Positions 1-10,440 of a DNA stretch of 64,000 nucleotides are shown piece by piece. Positions within the stretch are counted from its first letter, which is position 1. The number at the start of each line of letters is the position of its first letter. Location of the stretch: the NCBI RefSeq assembly GCF_004353825.1, contig NZ_SMNA01000016.1, positions 1 to 64,000 of the forward strand, given 5' to 3'. The translations under genes were made by a program, and so were the position numbers. This stretch comes from Occultella glacieicola (GTDB taxonomy: Bacteria; Actinomycetota; Actinomycetes; Actinomycetales; Beutenbergiaceae). The notes beneath the pieces were generated by a model. That model saw nothing but the letters and a program-made list of their open reading frames with translations. It had not been told where the DNA came from and did not search any database.

Positions 1-888
1 GGCGGGGGTCGCGGCGCCCGTGCCGGCGGCGTCGGCCGCGAGGGCGCGCCCCAGGCCGAGGCTGAGCCCGCCGGCGCCGAGCACGAACCGTGGGCGGTGC
101 GTGCCGGCGTCCGCGGCTCGCCCGGCCGACGACGAGCCCACGATGGCGGCCCCGACCAGGTCGAGGTGGGCGTCCGTGAACGCGTCGAGTACCACGGCGG
201 CCGCTGCGGTGGTGGTGCCCGCCGCCTCGATGGCGCTAGCGAGCGCCGTGACCGGATCCGTCGCATGGGGCGCGTGCGCGTTCGCCACGGCGGGTGACCC
301 GGCGCCGGGGGCGACCGGCCCGCCCGACCCGCCCTGCGCCGTCGGGCCGTAACTGCGCCAGTCCACCGCGGCGATCGGCAGGGCCGTCTGCGCGCCGAGG
401 TGGCGCACCAGGTCCGACTCGGTGCTGGGGGTGACCGGGTGCGCGCTCATCGTGGGCTGGCGGTCGAGGCGGAACACCCGGTCGCCGTCGCGGGCGAAGT
501 GGTGCCCGAAGAACGTGTACCGGCCGAAGTCGGGCTGGGCGAACAGCACCGGGACGGCGCGGTCGCCGAAGACCTCGCGACCCAGCTCGAGGACGCGGCC
601 GAGGCTGCCAGTCACGGGGGAGGAGTCCGCCGTCGAACAGGCCTTGTACTGCACGATCGGGGCGCCGCGGCCGGCGAACCAGCGCAGTGCGGGGCCGACC
701 TCGGCGGCGAGCGCCTCAGTGGGCAGGGACCGAGCGACGCCGGCGATCCCGATCACGTCGTGGCCGCCCTCGAGCCGCTCGGCGGCGGCCACGGACGTGG
801 CGAGCACCCCGGTCAGCCCCGCCGCCCGCAGCTGCAGCAGCGCGTCCACCGATCCGGTGAAGTCGTCGCCGTAGAAGCCGAACCTCAT
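1..888 (-). CDS. Four-carbon acid-sugar kinase (DUF1537), OiaK-like; runs off the left edge
   Basis: Not in the ORF track. ATG at 888 overlaps the RLP stop (ATGA). Translates MRFGFYGDDFTGSVDALLQL...PIVQYKACSTADSS, the DDxTG and YKxCSTxDSS motifs of DUF1537. Confidence 0.88.
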   Translation of the reverse strand, partial: MRFGFYGDDFTGSVDALLQLRAAGLTGVLATSVAAAERLEGGHDVIGIAGVARSLPTEALAAEVGPALRWFAGRGAPIVQYKACSTADSSPVTGSLGRVLELGREVFGDRAVPVLFAQPDFGRYTFFGHHFARDGDRVFRLDRQPTMSAHPVTPSTESDLVRHLGAQTALPIAAVDWRSYGPTAQGGSGGPVAPGAGSPAVANAHAPHATDPVTALASAIEAAGTTTAAAAVVLDAFTDAHLDLVGAAIVGSSSAGRAADAGTHRPRFVLGAGGLSLGLGRALAADAAGTGAATPA

Positions 889-2132
889 CGGGGCGGCCCG
901 AACGCGGCTAGGGCCGCGGAAAGCTCCGGCACCGACTCCGCGCGCCGCTCGAGGGTCTCGCCGGCGAGCGCGGCGGACCACGCCTCGCGCATCGCGCGCA
1001 CCCCGGCCGCCGAGCCGCCCGGGTGGCCGTGGATGCCGCCTCCGGCGAGGACCAGCAGCCGGTCGGTGCCGACCCGGTCGTACGTGCGGGTGGCCAGGGC
1101 GGCGGTCTGTCCCGAGGAGAGCACCGGCACCGCCTCGTACCCGCCGAGCAGCGGGGTGCGGACGGCGGCGATCGAGGCGAGCACCTGCTCGTCGCTCTCG
1201 TAGAACTTGTTGCTCAGCCCGTTCGTGTGGACGTGGTCCGACCCGGCCAGGCGGGAGAGCTTCTGGAACACCATGAAGTCGATGCCCAGCTGCGGCGACC
1301 GCGAGTAGGCGCCGAACATGGTGCGGTGCCCGTGGATCGGGAGCTCGGAGTGGGCCCGGAGGTACTGCAGGCCGGCCAGACCGACGGTGTTCACGCAGAC
1401 CATCACGCAGGTGCCACCGGCGGCCTTGACGAGGTCGTGGTTCGCGGCCAGCCGGTCGATGTCGTCGGTGATGTTGAACGCGTACATCGGCATCCGGCCG
1501 TTGCGGTCCGCGGCCCGGTGCAGGGCGTCCGTGACCACCCGCACCCGCTCCGCCAGCGGCAGGTGCGTGGCGTTGCCCTGGAGCTCGTCGTCCTTGATGA
1601 AGTCGATGCCCGCGTCCGCGAGCTCGGTGACCAGCTCGGCGAGCTGCTGGGCGCTCAGCCCGATGCTCGGCTTGACGATGGTGCCCAGCAGCGGGCCGCG
1701 GTCACGACCGGCCAGGCGCACGGTGCCCTCCCAGCCGAAGGCCGGTCCCGGGTACCGCTGGGCGAACGCGGCGGGCAGGTCCAGGTCCACCAGGCGCAGC
1801 GCGCCGGCCTCCCGGATCTCGAACAGGTTCCCGGCGACGGCGGCGAGCAGGTTCGGGATCGAGGGCCCGAAGTTGTCCAGGGGGAACTCGATGCTCACCC
1901 GCGCCCGCTTCGCCCGGCTCCAGTCCCCGGAGGCGCCCGGCAGCGGTGGGCGCCCGCTCGGCGGCAGTTCCTCGATCCCGACCACCCGGGCCGCGAACCG
2001 GCGCTTGAGGTCCTCGGTCTCGCGGGCCACGGCGACGAACGTGCCGCTGGACTGCTCGCTCGCCATCACGGCGGCGGTCCGATCCAGGGGCAGTGCGGTC
2101 TCGATCTCGTAGACCGCGGTGACGACGCTCAT
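885..2132 (-). CDS. RuBisCO-like protein (form IV), OiaX/OiaT-like
   Basis: EQSSGTF, GNLFE, GTIVKPSIG, DFIKDDE, IHGHR, SSG and GGGIHGHPGG motifs; coupled to the DUF1537 kinase. Confidence 0.9.
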   Translation of the reverse strand: MSVVTAVYEIETALPLDRTAAVMASEQSSGTFVAVARETEDLKRRFAARVVGIEELPPSGRPPLPGASGDWSRAKRARVSIEFPLDNFGPSIPNLLAAVAGNLFEIREAGALRLVDLDLPAAFAQRYPGPAFGWEGTVRLAGRDRGPLLGTIVKPSIGLSAQQLAELVTELADAGIDFIKDDELQGNATHLPLAERVRVVTDALHRAADRNGRMPMYAFNITDDIDRLAANHDLVKAAGGTCVMVCVNTVGLAGLQYLRAHSELPIHGHRTMFGAYSRSPQLGIDFMVFQKLSRLAGSDHVHTNGLSNKFYESDEQVLASIAAVRTPLLGGYEAVPVLSSGQTAALATRTYDRVGTDRLLVLAGGGIHGHPGGSAAGVRAMREAWSAALAGETLERRAESVPELSAALAAFGPPR

Positions 2133-2214
2133 CCATGCTCCTTCGCGGCCGGCACGTGCCCCGGACTCGGCCTTCGCTCAAGCCTATGCAAGAATGACTG
2201 GACGTGCAAGCAGG

Positions 2215-3630
2215 TCAGCGCGGATCCCAGCCGCCGAGGAGATGTGCCGGGGTGCGGAACGGCGCCGCCTCGTCCGGATCGAGTGTGCGGGCCACGGCCG
2301 ACCGGCCGTCGACGTCGAGCGGGAGTCCGTCGAGCGTGCGGCTGCCGTGCTCGGCCAGGCGCAGCCGCCTCGTGTCCCATCGCCCGGTCGCGTCCGTGAG
2401 GACCCAGCCCTGCGGGGCGATGTGGGCGTCCATGCTGGCGTCGACGAACACCACCTGGCTCGGCGCGAACCGGGACAGCTCGACCCGGCTCAGATAGCAG
2501 CTGCCGTCCGGAACCGCTGGCGCCCTGGTCAGCCGGACGTTGACGAACGCCGCTCCCGGGCCGTCGTCGACGTTGCGGATCTGGGTGTAGTAGCCGGGGC
2601 CGAGGGCCTTGAGCTCGGTGTCCTCCACGACGATGCCGCCGGTGCCCCAGACGAAGTCCACGTCACCCTCGATGTAACTGTCGACGACGTAGCCGGCGCC
2701 CTGCAGGCGCAGCGTGTCCTGATGGCTGAGCAGCGAGACCCGGCGCAGCGTGATCCGCCTCCCGTTGCCGCGGAACGCCTCGGCCTGGCCGCCGCCGGCG
2801 GGGGTGCTGTTGTGGATCGTGAGGTTCTCCACGGTCACGTCGTCGGCATCGACCCCGACGACGGCCCGCCAGCAGTTGAACCGGTCGGAGCCCGGCAGCA
2901 CGCGTTTCGGGCAGCAGCTGATCTCGATCGGCAGCCCGCGCATCGCCGCGTCGCCGTTGAGGCGGTCGTTGTTCGGATAGGTGATCACGGTCCCGTTCCG
3001 GTCGCCGCCGCGCAGCGTGAGCCGCGGCTTGGTCGGCGGCACGTAGACGATCTCGCGGTAGGTCCCGGGTGCGATCCTGATCGTGACGTCGCGGTCGTTG
3101 CCCTCCGGCACGTGGTCGACGGCCCCCTGCACGGTGCAGAAGTCCTTGCCCCCGCTCGCGTCGACTTCCACCTGCGCCGTCCCGCGAGCGGGCGCCCGCT
3201 TGGTGTGCAGCCGCCAGCCGTCCTCGGCGCGGATGCCGCCGTGCCCCTGGACGAACCCGGCGTCCATCGTGACCACGAAGTCCGCGTCCTCCTCGAGGCC
3301 GCGGTGCAGGGTGAGGAGCACCTGCGTGCCCTCGGCGACGGCGGGAAGGTAGTGCCACAGGTGCAGCTCGCCGTGGTCGGTGCGGGCCGAGCCGATCGGA
3401 CGGCGCGCGCCCTCCGGATCGGCGAGGTCGATCGTGTCCACCACCGTGCCGTCCGTGCGGTGCACCTGAAGCCGGCCCCGTCGCCCGAGCGTCACCGGCC
3501 GGTCGAAGCTCAGGCGCAGCGGGGTGTCCACGCAGACCCCGGCTCCGCTCGGAGACACCCGGACGCCACCGCAGGTCCGCTCGTCGTCACGAGCGGTGAC
3601 CTCACGTGGGCTCAGCTCACGATGGCTCAT
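2215..3630 (-). CDS. Pectin methylesterase (CE8) with N-terminal Ig-like domain
   Basis: TVQGAVD, GTYRE, QAEA, QDTL, IEGDVDFVWG motifs; no obvious signal peptide. Confidence 0.85.
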   Translation of the reverse strand: MSHRELSPREVTARDDERTCGGVRVSPSGAGVCVDTPLRLSFDRPVTLGRRGRLQVHRTDGTVVDTIDLADPEGARRPIGSARTDHGELHLWHYLPAVAEGTQVLLTLHRGLEEDADFVVTMDAGFVQGHGGIRAEDGWRLHTKRAPARGTAQVEVDASGGKDFCTVQGAVDHVPEGNDRDVTIRIAPGTYREIVYVPPTKPRLTLRGGDRNGTVITYPNNDRLNGDAAMRGLPIEISCCPKRVLPGSDRFNCWRAVVGVDADDVTVENLTIHNSTPAGGGQAEAFRGNGRRITLRRVSLLSHQDTLRLQGAGYVVDSYIEGDVDFVWGTGGIVVEDTELKALGPGYYTQIRNVDDGPGAAFVNVRLTRAPAVPDGSCYLSRVELSRFAPSQVVFVDASMDAHIAPQGWVLTDATGRWDTRRLRLAEHGSRTLDGLPLDVDGRSAVARTLDPDEAAPFRTPAHLLGGWDPR

Positions 3631-3736
3631 CGTCGCGACGTTCGCGAGGTTCGGGCGACGACGAGCACGGGCACACTATACGCAGTTCGCGCTAGGCTGG
3701 CTGCGCAGATCGCGCAAATGGCTGAAGGGGACGGAC

Positions 3737-5062
3737 ATGATCGACTTCGACCCGCCGCTCTCGGGCGTCGTCGCCGCACGCTCGGCCGAGGTTCTGAGCC
3801 GGGTATCGGAGCCGGTGTTCGCCGACCGGGTCCTGGACGTCACCACGTTCGGGGCGGTCGGTGATGGCGTGAGCGACGCCGCGCCGGCGATCGCCGCGGC
3901 GGTGTCGGCCTGTTCGGCGGCCGGCGGTGGCCGCGTGCTCGTGCCGGCCGGGCGGTTCCGTACCGGGGCCGTGCATCTGCTCGACGACGTGGAACTGCAC
4001 CTGGCGTCCGGGGCGGTGCTGGCGTTCAGCCAGGACCCCGACGACTTCCTGCCGCCGGTCCGGACCCGCTACGAGGGCGTGGACTGCTTCAACTACTCGC
4101 CGCTCATCTACGCGATCGGTCGCCGGAACATCGCCGTGACCGGGGACGGCGTGATCGACGGTGGTGCCGACTCCCAGCACTGGTGGAACTGGGTCAAGGC
4201 GCCGGCGCCCGAGGAGGGGCCGGCGAAGCAGCGGCTCCTGGCCGCGGCGGCCGCCCGGGTGGCGGTCTCCGACCGGGTCTTCGGCGCGGGGGACAACCTG
4301 CGTCCGAACCTGCTCCAGTTCGTCGACTGCCGCAACGTCCTCATCTCCGGGGTCACGTTCCGCCGTTCGCCGATGTGGACCATCCACCCCCTCCGGTGCA
4401 CCAACGTCACGATCCGCGGCGTCCTGGTGGACAGCCGCGGGCCGAACAACGACGGGTGCAACCCGGAGTCCTCGCGGGACGTGCTGATCGAGGACTGCAC
4501 GTTCGACACCGGCGACGACTGCATCGCGATCAAGGCGGGCAAGGGCCCGGACGGGTGGCACCCGGGTGAGGCGACGGCGGGCGTGGTGATCCGGGACTGC
4601 CGGATGCGGGCCGGGCACGGCGGGATCACGGTGGGCAGCGAGACCAGTGGCGGCGTCTCGGACGTGGTGGCCTATCGCTGCCGGATGTCCAGCCCGGAGC
4701 TGGGTCGGGCCCTGCGGATCAAGTCCAACCCCGAGCGCGGCGGCTACATCCGGGACATCCTGTTCGCCGACATCGAGGTCGGCGAGGTCCGCCAGGCCGT
4801 GCTCGAGGTCGCCCTGGACTACGGCCGGGTGACCGCGGGGCCGCACCCACCGGACGTCCGGGGCATCGAGGTGCTCCGGGTCAGCGCGGAGTCCGCCGGG
4901 TGCGCGGTGCGGCTGATCGGGCTGCCGGATGCTCCGATCCGCCGGCTACGCCTGCGGGACTGCTCGTTCGGACGGCTCGCCGGGCCGGACGTCGTGCGCC
5001 ACGTGGTCGACTCCGACCTCGGCCCCGGCCGCGGTGAACCGGAGCAGTTGCCACAGCGGTAG
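3737..5062 (+). CDS. GH28 (exo)polygalacturonase
   Basis: FGAVGDG, SPMWTIH, NNDG, GDDCIAIK, GHGG, RIKS motifs. Start set at the ATG after a GAAGGGG RBS. Confidence 0.9.
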   Translation: MIDFDPPLSGVVAARSAEVLSRVSEPVFADRVLDVTTFGAVGDGVSDAAPAIAAAVSACSAAGGGRVLVPAGRFRTGAVHLLDDVELHLASGAVLAFSQDPDDFLPPVRTRYEGVDCFNYSPLIYAIGRRNIAVTGDGVIDGGADSQHWWNWVKAPAPEEGPAKQRLLAAAAARVAVSDRVFGAGDNLRPNLLQFVDCRNVLISGVTFRRSPMWTIHPLRCTNVTIRGVLVDSRGPNNDGCNPESSRDVLIEDCTFDTGDDCIAIKAGKGPDGWHPGEATAGVVIRDCRMRAGHGGITVGSETSGGVSDVVAYRCRMSSPELGRALRIKSNPERGGYIRDILFADIEVGEVRQAVLEVALDYGRVTAGPHPPDVRGIEVLRVSAESAGCAVRLIGLPDAPIRRLRLRDCSFGRLAGPDVVRHVVDSDLGPGRGEPEQLPQR

Positions 5063-7048
5063 CGCGATCACCCAGGACGGGTTCCAGGTGTTGCTGTGCC
5101 CACGGTCCTGCCAGTTCGTGACGAAGAACGCCTCGGCCTGCTCGCCGACCACGTCGAAGCCCCACTCGCCGGGGGTGGTGCACACCCCCTGCCCCATCGT
5201 GGCCATGATGGTGCGGGCCCACCGCTGCAGCCAGGCGTCGCCGGTCAGCCGGCCCAGGCGCCACAGATCGAAACTGGGGAAGAAGACGTCGAGGTGGTGG
5301 TTCTGCACGCTGACGCCGGGCCAGCCGATCGCGTTGAAGCCGGCCTCCCGCAGCGGTGCGCCACGATCGAACCGTGGGTTCCAGTGGTAGACCCAGGTCA
5401 GCAGCCACTCGGCCACCACTCGAGCACGCTCCAGGTACGTCCCGTCACCGGTCTGGTCGTAGAGCGTCATCAGGAGTTCGAAGTAGCTCATGCCGCCCTC
5501 CTTGTCCTCGCAGGCGGCGTCGAGGGTGGAGTGCGCGAACGGCCGGTCGAACGTCGCGGCGTGCAGCTCGTGGTAGCCGTCGGCCAGGGTGATCGCCCGG
5601 CCGAGCAGGTCCGGGCGCGCGCACACCTCGGCCGCCCTGGCCACCGCCCGGACCGCCGGGATCCCCGCCGACCAGGCCGGATCCGTGACCGGGTGGCCGT
5701 CGGCGGTCCAGCCGATCGGCACCAGCCCCGACGGCGCCGTCGCCGTCGTGATGAACTCGGCGGCCTCCTGCAGCGCCGTCGACCAGGCGGGCGGCACCGG
5801 TACCTGTCGGTCGCGCAGCAGGGTGATCAGGTCGGCCAGGTCGCAGATGGTCTCACCGTGCGCCCGGGCGGACACAAGCTCACGTCCCCGGCGACGCAGC
5901 CCCTGCCAGCGCCGGTCGTCGTGGACGTAGGAGTTGTAGCGCAGTCCCGGCACCGAGGTGCCCGACCCGCCCAGGTAGAACTCGCTGGCGGCACGTGCCC
6001 GCGCGACCCGGTCCGGCTCGCTGTTCTCGAGGCCGACCCAGGCGTCGCACCACGCCAGCCGCAGGCACTGCCCGGTCCAGCCGTAGAGGAAGTCGACGGC
6101 CGCGCGCCCGGGCCGCGCACGTGGCTCACCCCAGGCGGGGAACTTGAGGTACCCGGTCACCGGGCCGTCAGTGAAGGCACGGGCATCGAGCGCGGCGACC
6201 CGCAGGTCGAGGTGCCGGCGATCGTCGAGTGGTCCGGCGAACTCGCGCTCGCCGCCGTCGAACAGGTCCCGGCCGAGGCGCACCAGCTCGCGGAACCCCT
6301 GACCGGGGGCGGCCCGGCCGCGGGCGAGCAGGAACCGCTGGCGCACTGAGCCCCCCGGCGGCAGATCGCGATAGCCGTCGGCGGTCGCCGCGGTGCGGGC
6401 CTTGTGCACATACGTGACGTCCGGTTCGCCGTCGAACAGCGTGACACCGCTGAGCCCGAGCGCGCGGGTGCCGTCGACGGTGTCGCTGGCGACAGCGCCG
6501 AGTGAGCCGTACCGCACCCGCCCGCTCGCGTCCTCGTCCGGATCCGGCAGCGAGACCAGCGTCAGGGTCGCGCCCTGCGCGTCCTGCAGACAGACCGCCG
6601 GCACCGGCAGACGGTGCACCTCGGTGACGAACCCGCCCCGGCCCACGTGCGGAACCACCCGGTCGGGATCGGCCGACGGGTTGTCGTGATAGATCACCTG
6701 GGGCATCGTCACCCGGGCGGTCCCGGGTCCCGGTACCCGCAGCCCGACCACCACGTCGGCGATGAGGTCCCCGGTGTCGTTGCTCCAGGTCAGCTCGAGC
6801 GCGAGCCCCCGCTCGTCCAGCCGGGCGACGACCACGACCCGCACCGGTCCCACCAACCCCGACACCCGGACGATGTCATCGCCGGGGGACGGCTCGGCGC
6901 CGGTCAGCCCGGGGGTGCGCTCACGCCACGGCCGGCCCGTCGAGACGACCAGCATCTCGCTGAGCAGGTCCGGCCACGACGGGAGTTCGTGGGCCACGGC
7001 GTCCGGTGCTCCGATGACGAACCGGGCCAGGTCGAGCCCGGTCAGCAC
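4946..7048 (-). CDS. Uncharacterised 700-aa protein, possible (alpha/alpha)-barrel glycoside hydrolase
   Basis: Long ORF with coding-like bias in the minus-strand operon; aromatic/acidic C-terminal half (FLYGWTG, DAACEDKEGG, VSVQNHHLD). Confidence 0.7.
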   Translation of the reverse strand: MLTGLDLARFVIGAPDAVAHELPSWPDLLSEMLVVSTGRPWRERTPGLTGAEPSPGDDIVRVSGLVGPVRVVVVARLDERGLALELTWSNDTGDLIADVVVGLRVPGPGTARVTMPQVIYHDNPSADPDRVVPHVGRGGFVTEVHRLPVPAVCLQDAQGATLTLVSLPDPDEDASGRVRYGSLGAVASDTVDGTRALGLSGVTLFDGEPDVTYVHKARTAATADGYRDLPPGGSVRQRFLLARGRAAPGQGFRELVRLGRDLFDGGEREFAGPLDDRRHLDLRVAALDARAFTDGPVTGYLKFPAWGEPRARPGRAAVDFLYGWTGQCLRLAWCDAWVGLENSEPDRVARARAASEFYLGGSGTSVPGLRYNSYVHDDRRWQGLRRRGRELVSARAHGETICDLADLITLLRDRQVPVPPAWSTALQEAAEFITTATAPSGLVPIGWTADGHPVTDPAWSAGIPAVRAVARAAEVCARPDLLGRAITLADGYHELHAATFDRPFAHSTLDAACEDKEGGMSYFELLMTLYDQTGDGTYLERARVVAEWLLTWVYHWNPRFDRGAPLREAGFNAIGWPGVSVQNHHLDVFFPSFDLWRLGRLTGDAWLQRWARTIMATMGQGVCTTPGEWGFDVVGEQAEAFFVTNWQDRGHSNTWNPSWVIALPLWQLLRFTAAGAEVGVDHVAHDVRPGEPSERAVPQA

Positions 7049-7076
7049 CGGCTCGCCCCGGCCGCCGGCGAGGCCA

Positions 7077-8186
7077 TCACACCGCGTCCTCGGTGGTGTC
7101 CAGCGCCAGTCCGTCGTCCAGGTCCCCGGCGATCCAGTCGGGGTCCAGCCGGACGTGCTTGATCGTCTTGCGCAGGTAGGAGAAGGCGACGTTGAGGGTG
7201 CCGTCGGACGCCTGGATCATGGCCGGGTAGGAGTAGCCCACCGGGGCGTCCTTGTACTCGAGATCGGCCACCTGGAGGTTGCGCCGTCGCGGCCAGGTCC
7301 GCCCACCGTCCTCGGAGAGCGCGAGCGTGAGCGGTGTGCGGACCGCCTTCTTCCGCCAGCCGTCACCGGACGGCACGAACCGGAACTGGTCGCGCTCCAT
7401 GGTCGCGTCGTTGAACACCGCGGCGAGTCGGCCGTCGGCCAGGGCGAGGTGCTGCAGCGCGGAGTTGTTGTTCGGGAGGGCCGTGCGGACCGGCGGCGTC
7501 CACGTGCGACCGAGGTCGGCGGACTCCGAGGCGTAGGCCCGGTCGGCGGCACGGGAGCGGAACAGGCCGAGGAGGCTGCCGTCGGCCCGGGGGGCGATGC
7601 TCATCTGGACCCGGTGCCGGCTCCCTGGCACCTCGACCACCTCCCAGGTGTGTCCCTCGTCGGTGCTGCGGGCGACCACGCTGTACTCGCCGTCGGCGTC
7701 GACCTGGTAGGCCGGCAGCAGCCAGGTTCCGTCGGCCAGGAAGAGCGGTGGGTTGCGCAGGAAGAAGCCGGGTCCGGCGAACAGCGTCCGCGGCTCGGAC
7801 CAGCTCTGCCCGTCGTCGTCGGAGGTGCGCAGCAGGACGTGGGCGTCGGTGCGGTCGTGGGGCGTGTTGGAGGTGTGCAGCAGCCAGATCCGTCCACCCG
7901 GTGCGCGGAACAGGACCGGGTTCTGCTCGGACCGGTCCGGGTCCGCGGCGATCAGGCGCGGTCGGGACCACTCGGTGGCGCCGGCGGGCAGCCGGGCGAG
8001 CACCACGTTGGTCTCACGGTCGCCCTCCTGCGGGCCGTTGAACCAGGCGCAGAGCAGGTCGCCCCCGGTCGTCTCGGTCAGCGTCGCGGCGTGGCTGTCC
8101 ACGGGGTGCACCACAGGCAGGAAAGCCTCGGTCAGCTGCGGGTCGGCGGCGGACGGCGTGAGTCGCCCGGTCAGTCGCGGGTCCAT
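7077..8186 (-). CDS. Asp-box (BNR) sialidase-like beta-propeller protein
   Basis: Asp boxes [32 protein letters not shown] and a YSYP motif. Start at MDPRLTG after an AAGGA RBS. Confidence 0.85.
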   Translation of the reverse strand: MDPRLTGRLTPSAADPQLTEAFLPVVHPVDSHAATLTETTGGDLLCAWFNGPQEGDRETNVVLARLPAGATEWSRPRLIAADPDRSEQNPVLFRAPGGRIWLLHTSNTPHDRTDAHVLLRTSDDDGQSWSEPRTLFAGPGFFLRNPPLFLADGTWLLPAYQVDADGEYSVVARSTDEGHTWEVVEVPGSRHRVQMSIAPRADGSLLGLFRSRAADRAYASESADLGRTWTPPVRTALPNNNSALQHLALADGRLAAVFNDATMERDQFRFVPSGDGWRKKAVRTPLTLALSEDGGRTWPRRRNLQVADLEYKDAPVGYSYPAMIQASDGTLNVAFSYLRKTIKHVRLDPDWIAGDLDDGLALDTTEDAV

Positions 8187-8236
8187 GTCGGCGTCCTTCG
8201 GGTGATCAGTGGGCGGGGACGGTTCGGCGGCGGTCC

Positions 8237-9313
8237 TCATGCCACACCGAGCTCCTCGATCCCACGCAGGCCCAGCTCCTCGCTGAAGTGGCACGCCACC
8301 CGCCGCCCGGGCGAGACCTCACGCAGCGCCGGCACGCTGGTCGCGCACAGCTCCTGCGCGTAGGCGCACCGCGTGCGGAACGGGCAGCCCGAAGGGACGT
8401 CGGAGGGGTCGGCCACCTCGCCCTGGAGCACGATCCGTTCGCGACGCTTGGCGGCGTTCGGGTCGGGGTTGGGAACCGCGGACAGCAGGGCCTCGGTGTA
8501 GGGGTGCTGGGGCCGGCGGTACAGGTCGGCGGTCGGACCGGTCTCCACCACGTGACCCACGTACATCACCACGACCTCGTCGGCCATGTACTCGACCATG
8601 CCGAGGTCGTGGGAGATGAACAGGTAGGTCAGGTCCTCGTCCGCCTGGAGATCCTTCATCAGGTTGAGGATCTGCGCGCGGACGGAGACGTCGAGGGCGC
8701 TCACCGCCTCGTCGGCGACCACCAGCCGCGGGTCCAGGGCCAGGGCACGGGCCAGCCCCACCCGCTGCCGCTCGCCACCGCTGAACGCGTTCGGGTACCG
8801 GCGCAGGTACTCGGGTCGCAGGCCCACCCGGGCCAGCAGCGCGGCCACCCGGTCCTCGACCTCCGACTCCTTGACGACCTTGTTCACCCGCAGCGGCTCG
8901 CCGACGATGTCCGCCAGCGTCATCCGCGGGTTCAGCGAGGAGAACGGGTCCTGGAAGACCATCCGGATGTCCTGGCGGTACGGCTTCAGCTGGCGTTCGG
9001 TGAGCGGTGCCAGGTCGACGACCTCGCCGTCCGTCCTCCGGTACAGGATCTCGCCGGAGGTGGGCTCCTGGGCGCGGAGGATGCAGCGGCCCAGGGTGCT
9101 CTTGCCGCATCCGGACTCACCGACCAGCCCCACGGTCTGACCCTGCCTGATCTGCAGGTCGACGTGGTCCACCGCCTTGACCTGACCGACCGTGCGACCC
9201 CACAGCCCCTTCGTGATCGGGAAGTACTTGCTCAGTTGCCGGGTCTCGAGAAGCACGTCGGAGGTGTCCGTCCGGACGACCTCACTGTCGACGACGTCGG
9301 TGTCCTGGCTCAT
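8237..9313 (-). CDS. Oligopeptide/family-5 ABC transporter ATPase (OppF-like)
   Basis: [28 protein letters not shown] and GCPFRTRC motifs. Confidence 0.92.
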   Translation of the reverse strand: MSQDTDVVDSEVVRTDTSDVLLETRQLSKYFPITKGLWGRTVGQVKAVDHVDLQIRQGQTVGLVGESGCGKSTLGRCILRAQEPTSGEILYRRTDGEVVDLAPLTERQLKPYRQDIRMVFQDPFSSLNPRMTLADIVGEPLRVNKVVKESEVEDRVAALLARVGLRPEYLRRYPNAFSGGERQRVGLARALALDPRLVVADEAVSALDVSVRAQILNLMKDLQADEDLTYLFISHDLGMVEYMADEVVVMYVGHVVETGPTADLYRRPQHPYTEALLSAVPNPDPNAAKRRERIVLQGEVADPSDVPSGCPFRTRCAYAQELCATSVPALREVSPGRRVACHFSEELGLRGIEELGVA

Positions 9314-10440
9314 TTGTCCTCCTCGTACAGCACGCAGCGAACCTCGTGGCCCTGGTCGTCGCGGATCAACGGTGGTGGCGCGGTGTCGCACCGGCCCGGC
9401 TGGAACGAGTCGCAACGGTCGTGGAACGGGCAGCCGCTGGGACGGGCGAACGGGTGGGGCACCATGCCGCGCACGGGCGCGAGCCGGATGTCCCTGCCCT
9501 GCCCCAGCTTCGGGATCGAGCGCAGCAGTGCCCGGGTGTACGGGTGCCGGGGACTGCGGAAGATCTCGGCGAGATCGCCGCGCTCGACCACGTTGCCCAG
9601 GTACATCACGGCCACCGAGTCGGCGAGCTGGGCGGCCACCCCGAGGTCATGGGTGATCAGCATGATCGCCATGCCGCGCTCGTCACGAAGGGAGGCCAGC
9701 AGTTCCAGGATCTGCGCCTGGGTGGTCACGTCGAGGGCGGTCGTCGGTTCGTCGGCGATGAGGAGTTCAGGGTCGCAGGACAGGGCCATCGCGATCATCA
9801 CGCGCTGGCGCATGCCCCCGCTGAGTTCGAACGGGTAGGCGTCCACCCGCTTCTCGGGTGCGGCGATCCCCACCCGGCGCAGCAGGTCGATCGCTCTCTC
9901 CCGGGCGACGTCCTTGGGCATCGGCGCGTGGAGCTGGATCGCCTCGGTGATCTGGTCGCCCACCCGGTGCACGGCGGACAGGGACGTCATCGGCTCCTGG
10001 AACACCATGGCGATGCGCTTGCCGCGGACCGCCCGGATGATCGCCGGGTCGGCACCGATCAGGCCGACCATGCCCTCCGGAGCGACGGTCGTCTCGGCGG
10101 GCGTCTCGCGGCGCCGCCGCCGGCGGCGGGACCGCCCTCGCGCACGTTCGACCTCGGTCGAGGCCGGGCGGGGCACCCACACCTGACCGCCGACGATGCG
10201 GCCGGGGCGATCCACCAACTGCAGGATCGAGCGGGCCATCACGCTCTTGCCGCAGCCGGACTCGCCGACCACGGCCAGGGTCTCGCCGCGACGGATCGTC
10301 AGGTCGACGCCGTCGACGGCCGTGACGACGCCGTCCTCGAGCTGGAACTCGGTGCGCAGACCGGTCAGCTGGAGCACCGGCGGTGCGTCGGGATCCAGCC
10401 GGCGGCTGGTGGTCTGGTCACTTGTAGGGGTCTGCAGCAT
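9310..10440 (-). CDS. Oligopeptide/family-5 ABC transporter ATPase (OppD-like)
   Basis: [28 protein letters not shown] motifs. Confidence 0.92.
   Translation of the reverse strand: MLQTPTSDQTTSRRLDPDAPPVLQLTGLRTEFQLEDGVVTAVDGVDLTIRRGETLAVVGESGCGKSVMARSILQLVDRPGRIVGGQVWVPRPASTEVERARGRSRRRRRRRETPAETTVAPEGMVGLIGADPAIIRAVRGKRIAMVFQEPMTSLSAVHRVGDQITEAIQLHAPMPKDVARERAIDLLRRVGIAAPEKRVDAYPFELSGGMRQRVMIAMALSCDPELLIADEPTTALDVTTQAQILELLASLRDERGMAIMLITHDLGVAAQLADSVAVMYLGNVVERGDLAEIFRSPRHPYTRALLRSIPKLGQGRDIRLAPVRGMVPHPFARPSGCPFHDRCDSFQPGRCDTAPPPLIRDDQGHEVRCVLYEEDK

Noticed and set aside
885..2132. True CO2-fixing RuBisCO
   Set aside because: It lacks the second Lys of KPK; no small subunit or phosphoribulokinase is in the window; the context is sugar-acid catabolism.
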